Origin: a virus
Lineage: Duplodnaviria; Caudoviricetes
DNA length: 64,000 nt
IMG/VR virus record: IMGVR_UViG_3300028591_000082
Reading direction: 5' to 3' (one strand)
The translations under genes and the position numbers were made by a program. The notes beneath the pieces are model-generated. The model was given only the letters and a program-made list of their open reading frames with translations. It had not been told where the DNA came from and did no database searches. Of the stretch, positions 57,463 to 64,000 are shown one piece after another. Numbering within the stretch: the first letter of the stretch is position 1; each line of letters starts with the position of its first letter.

Positions 57463-58398
57463 ATGAATAATGAATTAATAAATGAAGGCAAGTCTGAACA
57501 AATTCAGAAACAGCTTATAAAATTAAACAATACAGCTCTTTCAAATGCTGAAAATATGATACAGAGAAAAATAAATGAAAAATTTGGAAAAGCTGGATCA
57601 TTTTTTAAAGTAAAGGTTTTTGCAAATAAAGAAGATTCTTCACCAAGCAGAAGAGCAAGCCCAGAGGAATCTGATTATGGTACTAGCTTGTATATAGTAG
57701 ATCTTATGCCTAGAAATTTTAAAATAAATGATAAATATGGAAAATATTATAAACCATATGCAGAATATCATATAGAAAACGGTGGAACAGAAGGAAAATT
57801 TGCTATTAAAACACATGTTATAAATAGACATACAAGAACTTGGAGTGACACAGTTTATAATAATGAAGATGCAGAATATATAAAAAAGCATACTAATGCT
57901 AATGTAGAGGCTTATTACCGTTTTATTGAAAAATATAGTGATGATATTAAGAAAATAATAGAAGAAGTTTCTAATAAAATAGTATTTAATCTTGCAAAAT
58001 CAGCAAGACAGGCAAAAGAGCTTGATAAAGAAAGAAGCTGGAAGGATGAAAGAACTTCTGACGAATGGGGACCTTCTGATAAAATGAGACCAGATGCTTG
58101 GTCGAAAAGAGCGAAGGTTCCAACACAGGAAAATGATTTTAATAATAAATGGTATCATGTTCCAGAAAAATTAAAGAAAGAAATTTGGGATAAAATTTAT
58201 TTTAGTGTTGGACAGAAAGTAGCTCGTGAACTTAACAATGAACACTGGCGCAATGGTATGTCAGATGATGAACATAAAAAACTTAGAAAAATGATAGAAG
58301 AAAAAACAAAAGAAGAAGCTACAGAGATATTTAAAAAAGAAATGGATAAAAAAGAAAAACTTGCTGTAAAAGAAAAAAAATCTTATTTTAATTATTAA
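57463..58398 (+). CDS. hypothetical protein, probable head internal protein ending KSYFNY
   Basis: 311 aa; MNNELINEG leader; AAGTTAA at 57438. Confidence 0.65.
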   Translation: MNNELINEGKSEQIQKQLIKLNNTALSNAENMIQRKINEKFGKAGSFFKVKVFANKEDSSPSRRASPEESDYGTSLYIVDLMPRNFKINDKYGKYYKPYAEYHIENGGTEGKFAIKTHVINRHTRTWSDTVYNNEDAEYIKKHTNANVEAYYRFIEKYSDDIKKIIEEVSNKIVFNLAKSARQAKELDKERSWKDERTSDEWGPSDKMRPDAWSKRAKVPTQENDFNNKWYHVPEKLKKEIWDKIYFSVGQKVARELNNEHWRNGMSDDEHKKLRKMIEEKTKEEATEIFKKEMDKKEKLAVKEKKSYFNY

Positions 58399-58403
58399 AA
58401 TAT

Positions 58404-58428
58404 AAAGCCCGCATATGCGGGCTTTTTT
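58404..58428 (+). terminator. rho-independent terminator
   Basis: AAAGCCCGC-atat-GCGGGCTTTTT. Confidence 0.85.
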
Positions 58429-58482
58429 AGTATTTATAAAATAAACTCTTAACTAAAAGTTAAATTTATTAGGAGACGCATA

Positions 58483-60303
58483 ATGACTTTATTAAATCAA
58501 ATCCGCGTTTATTCTGGGAAAGAAGTATTAAACGAAGGCGCTCAAAGCATAACAGATAAAGCAAAACAAGAGTTAGAAAATAGAAAGAAGGCTAATAAAA
58601 GACCAGTTACAATAGAAGATTTCAAACCTATAGTTGAAAAGATGAAGGGTTGGTCTACTGAAAAAATCAATAAATGGATTGAAGCCCATAGAAAAGGAAC
58701 TAATGCTAATGCAGAATCTAATTATGTACCTTGGGCAGATGAATCACTTGAAATGCTTAAAAAAGCACTTGAAGAATATGGTCTTGATCTTAAAGCAGGA
58801 GAAGTAGAATCTAGAAACTTCTCTCCAGCAAACAGAAGAATTAAGGGAAGTAATGCATATGCTTATCAAGACAAAATAAATAACAAGAATGCCGCAAAAG
58901 TATCTGCATTGAAAGTAATGGGAGTTCTTGGTTGGAAAGACGGAAATAATGGTCTTTCACTTACTGGAATTCCTTCTGTTCTTCATACAGAAGCAGAAAT
59001 TAAAACTGTTCTTAAAAAAGAAATGAATACTCTTGCTGCTGTTATTTCACAGGCAAAAGACAAGAGCGGAAAAGATATAGAAATTTGTAAAAAGTTCCTT
59101 GATGAATATAAATCAATTTATGAAGATGAAGATTTTGATAAGACACCAGAAGATGTTAAAGGATACAATGAATGGAAAGCAGCATTGGATAAATATCTTA
59201 AATCAAAATCACCAGAAGATAAAAAAGCACTTGAAAAATTCAACACAAAAGATGTAAAGCCTAATAAATCAATTTTTGAAGATCTTTGGTCTCTTTATAC
59301 AAGTCAATTCCATTCACAGAATAGAACACTTGTAGGAGTTAGCAAAAAGACAGAAGTTAAGGACTTTGGTGATGGAATTAAGAAAGAAGTAAGTCAGCCT
59401 AAATGGGTTGCAGATCCGTCAAGCGCAAAGAGAGATAGCGAAACTTCTTTAGGTAGAGATATTATTCCTACAGATGGAAGAACTCTTGCCAGAGACCTTG
59501 GACCAGATTCTATTAGAGCAATCCAGACAGATAAAGAAGAACTTATTAAAGTATATAATGAAATTGTAGCATTCCTTAGAAAGAATGATATAGATTTGGA
59601 AAAACTTCGTGATCCAAGATATAAGGATGATGGATACGAAGAGGAAACTGATGAAGAAAATGATGAGCTTATGAACAGACTTGATAAACTTATCAAGACT
59701 ACACAGGCTGATTATAAGAAACTCTTTAGAGATTTGAAAACATATTGGGGAACAAACAAAGGATTAAATGTTCCAGATCTTGACGATGAACATTGGCTTT
59801 CATCTGACGAAATAAGAGGTGCTCTTTCAGCTGCTTCAAAAGTATACGAAGCTGCTTCAGATGAAGGAAAGAAGAAAATCAAAGAAGATATTAAAAATAT
59901 GAGAAGTAATCTCGAAGCTGCAAGAAAATCAGATGTTGTAAACAAACTTCGTGAACAGAAGAAATCTGGTGAACTTGGAGCAAGAAGAGCTGATAGAAAA
60001 GAAACATTCAAGAATAATGCAGTAGTACAGGTTCTTAAAAAGGATATTGAGCACGTATTTGGGCCAATGCAGAAGTATTACTACCTTGCTCTTGTAAAAG
60101 GAAATAATGAATCGAAAGTTTATCTTGGAGACGATGATAAGATTTACATTCTTAATAAGAGAAATGGTGGAATAATGCAAATGACTTATCCTAACAAGAT
60201 GGTTGATAAGCATAATGATAAGGCTTTCCTTGAAAAATACAAACCAGTTCTTGACGCAATAAGAAGTAAAGCTTCAGTTGAAACCAAGTATTTTAATTAT
60301 TAG
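58483..60303 (+). CDS. hypothetical protein, probable head internal protein ending SVETKYFNY
   Basis: 606 aa; MTLLNQIRVYSGKEVLNEG leader; AAGTTAA at 58457. Confidence 0.65.
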   Translation: MTLLNQIRVYSGKEVLNEGAQSITDKAKQELENRKKANKRPVTIEDFKPIVEKMKGWSTEKINKWIEAHRKGTNANAESNYVPWADESLEMLKKALEEYGLDLKAGEVESRNFSPANRRIKGSNAYAYQDKINNKNAAKVSALKVMGVLGWKDGNNGLSLTGIPSVLHTEAEIKTVLKKEMNTLAAVISQAKDKSGKDIEICKKFLDEYKSIYEDEDFDKTPEDVKGYNEWKAALDKYLKSKSPEDKKALEKFNTKDVKPNKSIFEDLWSLYTSQFHSQNRTLVGVSKKTEVKDFGDGIKKEVSQPKWVADPSSAKRDSETSLGRDIIPTDGRTLARDLGPDSIRAIQTDKEELIKVYNEIVAFLRKNDIDLEKLRDPRYKDDGYEEETDEENDELMNRLDKLIKTTQADYKKLFRDLKTYWGTNKGLNVPDLDDEHWLSSDEIRGALSAASKVYEAASDEGKKKIKEDIKNMRSNLEAARKSDVVNKLREQKKSGELGARRADRKETFKNNAVVQVLKKDIEHVFGPMQKYYYLALVKGNNESKVYLGDDDKIYILNKRNGGIMQMTYPNKMVDKHNDKAFLEKYKPVLDAIRSKASVETKYFNY

Positions 60304-60393
60304 AAAAATTCTTAAAGTTAAAAATTTTACCTTATAGCAAAGATAAAACTATAAGGTAAAAAACTATTTAAGTTTTTCTAATTGGAGGAAACG

Positions 60394-61266
60394 ATGGCAG
60401 ATGAAAATACTATCAATTTGCTCGACAACTCATTAGACGAAGCTTCACAGAAATATATTCAGGAAGCTCTCGAAAACTGGAAAGAATCAGTTACTAATCA
60501 GCTTGTAGAACAAATGGAAGAAGTTAAGGCAGCCAAAATCGAAGAGCTTGAAGAAGAGAATCAGAAGTATCGCGAACAGCTCAGAGAAGAATATGCAGAC
60601 AAAATGATGGCTGGTCTTAGCGATCTTGAGGGTAAAATGAAAGCCGAAGTTACTGCAAAAGTTGTAAAGGATAATCCAGAGCTCAAGATTCTTGAACAAA
60701 TCAAGGAAATCGTAGCTCCTCTTCTTAATGAAGATTACAGAGAGTCTACATACAGCGATACACTTGCAGCACTTAGTGAAGAAGTAGAATCACTCAAGAG
60801 AGAAAAAGCAATTAGCGAAGGAAAAGAAACACTTAATGATCTCCTTGCTCCTTATTCAGATAGAACAAAGAGAATGGTAAGTGCTTTAATCAAGGAAGGA
60901 ACTTCAGATGAAGTTACAGAGAATTTCTATAATCTCGTAGAAAATCTTCCAGAACTTTTCGAAGCAGAAGAAGATGATGACGAAGATGAAGGAAATGAAG
61001 ATGATCAGCAGGAACCTGGCAAAGACGACGGTGATAACACCGACGACGATGACGAAGGTGATGATGATAAAAAGAAAAAAGGAAAAAAGAATAAGAAATC
61101 TAATGACGATGACGGAAAAGACGGAAGCGATGAGAACGACGCCGAAGATGATCCATCATTGAAAGAAGAATCTTATATAAATGAAGGTTTTGAAGGCGAC
61201 GATGCTTCTAGTAAGCCAGCCGATAACACTTTCAAGAAAATGCTCAAGGCTTATGCCACAAAATAA
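60394..61266 (+). CDS. prohead scaffold/core protein (gp22-like)
   Basis: acidic coiled coil directly upstream of the MCP; many L/I-x-E sites; ATG at 60394 after GGAGG. Confidence 0.8.
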   Translation: MADENTINLLDNSLDEASQKYIQEALENWKESVTNQLVEQMEEVKAAKIEELEEENQKYREQLREEYADKMMAGLSDLEGKMKAEVTAKVVKDNPELKILEQIKEIVAPLLNEDYRESTYSDTLAALSEEVESLKREKAISEGKETLNDLLAPYSDRTKRMVSALIKEGTSDEVTENFYNLVENLPELFEAEEDDDEDEGNEDDQQEPGKDDGDNTDDDDEGDDDKKKKGKKNKKSNDDDGKDGSDENDAEDDPSLKEESYINEGFEGDDASSKPADNTFKKMLKAYATK

Positions 61267-61283
61267 TTTTGGAGGAAGTATAA

Positions 61284-62771
61284 ATGTTAGAAAATAATTT
61301 CGTTATAAAGGAAGAAGTTGAGAAGGAGCTTGCTGGACGTTGGGATTGGCTTACAGAAGACATTGCAGACGCAGAAGAAAAACTTAATACTCAGATCGTT
61401 CTCGAAAGCTCATACCACGAAATGGTAAAAAATGGTTCTCTTCCAAGAGGCTGGCTCGAAGAACAGCTTAATGAAGAGGGAGTTCTTACAGAAGCTCCAC
61501 AGATGTCTGGTGCAGTTGGTGACTACGTTATCCCTAAGGTAATGTTCCCAATGATTAGACGTGTTATGCCTGATTTGATTGCTAACAAGCTTGTATCAGT
61601 ACAGCCATTGTCAGCACCAACTGGTGTAATTTACTATATCGTTAACAGCTACTCTAATAACAAGGGTAATATTAAGGCTGGAGACGAATTCTCTGGAAAC
61701 CCAATGCAGACAACTCCTGCTTATGGTGTATACTACTCTTCTGAGAAAGTAGGTCCATTCATCAAGGAAGCTCCTGCTGGTGATGTAACATTCACAGCTG
61801 CTGAACTTCAGTCAGTTTATGACTTCTTGGCAGATGGCGACCAGCTTAAGAGATTTGAAGTATTCGATAAGGTAGCAGGTAGAGCAGTTGACTCTTCAGA
61901 TGCTTTCGCTGCATATGGAAATGTAATTGATAGCTCAAAGGATATCACAATTGATGCTTCAGCTTTCAAAGAAAATGCTGACGGAAATGTTGTAGTACAG
62001 CTCTTCGTTGTATACAACCAGGAAGGTTCTTCAAAGATCCCAGAAATGGAATTTGGTATTGAACATCAGAACATCAGCACAACTGAACGTAAGTTGAAAG
62101 TTAGATGGACAAAAGAAGCTGAACAGGATATGATGGCTTATCATAAGATTAACGTAGAACAGGAACTTGTAAAAGTTGCTGCTATTCAGATGAACTACGA
62201 AATCGACCGTGAAGTTATGAACTTCATTGATGACCACATCATCCCAGAACTTAGATTCGAACACAACTGGATCGATGATCTTGCAGCTACTGGACAGAAC
62301 ACACAGGGTAACTACCTTGACAGACATCGTTGCTTGGCTCAGCATATGTACCAGATTGCAACAAAGATTGCAGAATTCAACCACATTGCTCCAGCTGATT
62401 GGATGGTTTGTTCTCCACAGGTAGCAGCTGTACTCCAGATGCTCCCAGATTGGAAAGCAGGTGAAATTGCAGGTGCTAAGACAACATTCTACAATGCTGG
62501 ATTCCTTTCAAATGGAACAATGGCTGTATATGTTGATCCTAACAGAGTAGGAGCACAGGCTTACGAAATCACACTTGGATACAAGTCAAAGGATTCTACA
62601 TATGGTGCTGGTGTAGTTTACTCACCATATGCTAACTGGATGTCTAGCACAGTTGTTAATCCAGAAAACTTCAACAATGTTCGTGGAACATTTACAAGAT
62701 ATGGATTGACACTCTGTCCACGTGGACAGTACAACTATGCTACAATCAGAATTGACAACTTGGCAATCTAA
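61284..62771 (+). CDS. gp23: major capsid protein (T4 gp23-like)
   Basis: PMIRRVMPDLIANKLVSVQPL.APTG.IY, PEM, RKLKVRWTKEAEQD, EIDRE, YSPY, TRYG; propeptide site VLTE/A. Confidence 0.97.
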   Translation: MLENNFVIKEEVEKELAGRWDWLTEDIADAEEKLNTQIVLESSYHEMVKNGSLPRGWLEEQLNEEGVLTEAPQMSGAVGDYVIPKVMFPMIRRVMPDLIANKLVSVQPLSAPTGVIYYIVNSYSNNKGNIKAGDEFSGNPMQTTPAYGVYYSSEKVGPFIKEAPAGDVTFTAAELQSVYDFLADGDQLKRFEVFDKVAGRAVDSSDAFAAYGNVIDSSKDITIDASAFKENADGNVVVQLFVVYNQEGSSKIPEMEFGIEHQNISTTERKLKVRWTKEAEQDMMAYHKINVEQELVKVAAIQMNYEIDREVMNFIDDHIIPELRFEHNWIDDLAATGQNTQGNYLDRHRCLAQHMYQIATKIAEFNHIAPADWMVCSPQVAAVLQMLPDWKAGEIAGAKTTFYNAGFLSNGTMAVYVDPNRVGAQAYEITLGYKSKDSTYGAGVVYSPYANWMSSTVVNPENFNNVRGTFTRYGLTLCPRGQYNYATIRIDNLAI

Positions 62772-62789
62772 TTGTTAGATAGATAATAT

Positions 62790-62821
62790 AAAAAGGAGGT
62801 TGTTAAAACCTCCTTTTTTTT
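62790..62821 (+). terminator. rho-independent terminator
   Basis: AAAAGGAGGTT-gttaa-AACCTCCTTTT. Confidence 0.8.
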
Positions 62822-62886
62822 GTTTATAGATATTAAAATCATAAAATGGTTTTTAACAAAGTTAATTTATATTGGAGGAATTTTGT

Positions 62887-63900
62887 ATGAAAATTCAGAA
62901 AGAGTTTGATGTTATTCAAGCATCAACAACAGTAAGAATAGAAAAGACAAGAGAAGATGTAACTCCTATTGTAGGATATAAAAAATTCATTTCCAAAGGA
63001 ATTGAAATTGATGGAGAAGTAGTTAATCAGAGACTCGAAACAGTATTGCCAGAGAACGTTGGTACAACTCTCTTCCAAGATACTACTGCAAATGGAGTAA
63101 ACATTAAGGAAGCTGTAGAAAATACAACAGCTAAAGCAACAGTTGAGTATGCTGAAAAGACTGGCCAGAGACCTTATATTGAAATGAAGTATAGACAGCC
63201 AGCTGCAAACCCAGATGGTGGAAGTGGCTCAACACCAACACCAACACCAGTAACAGTTGCTAAGCCAATAATTTCTATTACATCAGACGGTAAGGTTACT
63301 ATTACTTGTGCAACAGCAGGAGCAACAATTTATTATACAATAAATAATACTAACCCTTCAGATGCTTCAACAGAATATGCAGGACAGTTCACACTTGCTG
63401 ATAGTGCAACTGTTAAGGCAATTGCTTATGCAACAATCGAAGGTGAAGAAAAGGTTTCTGCAGTAGTTTCTAAAACTTATACAAAACAGTCTACACCACC
63501 ACAGCCAACAACTTTCACAGTTTATCATGGTGTTACAACACTTGACTATGATGGAATGTCAAATCAAAACACAGTTGGAACATATCTTGAAGGTGCCGTA
63601 ACAGCAGAAGTTATTAAGGGTCTTACAAGATCAGTAGTATCAAATCAATATCAGGATTATTCATTTACTGGTACAGATGAAGATGATGATCATATTTCAA
63701 CAGCTATTGTTGCATTCCCAAGTACAGCTGAACCAATTTTACCAGGAATTATGTTTAATGGAGAAATTAAACAGTCTTCAGGTTATCACAAATTCAATGT
63801 TGAAATTGACGGCGTAGATTATGTTGTATTTGCACTTAAGGGTGGATTAGCAGATTCTGGATCTACAGCTGATGTATATTTCAGAGCAAGCTTTAACTAA
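62887..63900 (+). CDS. Hoc-like capsid decoration protein with Fn3-like (chitobiase/beta-hexosaminidase C-terminal) domain
   Basis: Pro/Thr linkers flank VAKP.I...VTITCATAGATIYYT..T.P...STEY...FTL...TVKAIA; follows the MCP. Confidence 0.75.
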   Translation: MKIQKEFDVIQASTTVRIEKTREDVTPIVGYKKFISKGIEIDGEVVNQRLETVLPENVGTTLFQDTTANGVNIKEAVENTTAKATVEYAEKTGQRPYIEMKYRQPAANPDGGSGSTPTPTPVTVAKPIISITSDGKVTITCATAGATIYYTINNTNPSDASTEYAGQFTLADSATVKAIAYATIEGEEKVSAVVSKTYTKQSTPPQPTTFTVYHGVTTLDYDGMSNQNTVGTYLEGAVTAEVIKGLTRSVVSNQYQDYSFTGTDEDDDHISTAIVAFPSTAEPILPGIMFNGEIKQSSGYHKFNVEIDGVDYVVFALKGGLADSGSTADVYFRASFN

Positions 63901-63924
63901 TTATAATTTTTAGGAGGAAAACAA

Positions 63925-64000
63925 ATGGTAATAAGCGAAACACTTGAAAATAACACAATGACACCAAATTTTGGAAGAGATACTTTTGCTACACTTGCTG
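63925..64000 (+). CDS. partial CDS truncated by the window edge
   Basis: AGGAGG RBS; MVISETLENNTMTPNFGRDTFATLA. Confidence 0.6.
   Translation, partial: MVISETLENNTMTPNFGRDTFATLA

Noticed and set aside
173..62424. Numerous 60-175 aa ORFs antisense to or nested in long genes
   Set aside because: Ser/Phe/Leu/Ile-biased mirror translations of the real coding strand, without RBS or promoter motif
1..64000. Stop-codon reassignment (TAG or TGA recoding), seen in some large gut phages
   Set aside because: Core genes (MCP, nrdD, tape measure, wedges) are full length in the standard code, and TAG stops such as 9393 are followed by terminators or new genes
1..64000. tRNA or rRNA genes; transposases or integrases
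   Set aside because: Intergenic spaces are short, no cloverleaf/TTCGA-CCA pattern was recognised, and no recombinase motifs were seen; a covariance-model scan was not run

Overview
AT-rich segment of a large T4-superfamily-like myovirus in the standard genetic code. Shine-Dalgarno sites and a class III ribonucleotide reductase point to an anaerobic host. Genes at 79-5064 run leftward and include a gp55-like sigma factor and a DnaD-like wHTH replication initiator. An iteron and hairpin cluster (likely origin) lies at about 6340-6562. Rightward come nrdD, tail tube, hub, tape measure, LysM/gp53, gp5-like spike, an inverted prohead protease, gp26/gp51, gp25, very large gp6/gp7-like wedges, a tail fibre with an S74 chaperone, scaffold, major capsid protein and a Hoc-like protein. 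Highlights: (1) an aldo-keto reductase + radical SAM/SPASM + GT32 glycosyltransferase operon with extremely Cys-rich CxxC-repeat proteins, including an unannotated inverted orphan Cys-rich core and an orphan leader that suggest rearrangement or switching; (2) unrelated predicted head-cargo proteins (ART-like, HAD, DHH, PD-(D/E)XK) with T4-CTS-like N-termini, three of the group ending in YFNY, two with identical SVETKYFNY encoded by different codons; (3) a recurrent AAG(T/A/C)TAA putative late promoter, often exactly 4 nt before SD-less start codons; (4) a G10 tract that frameshifts a tail-tip gene. All product calls come from motif recognition by eye, not database searches.
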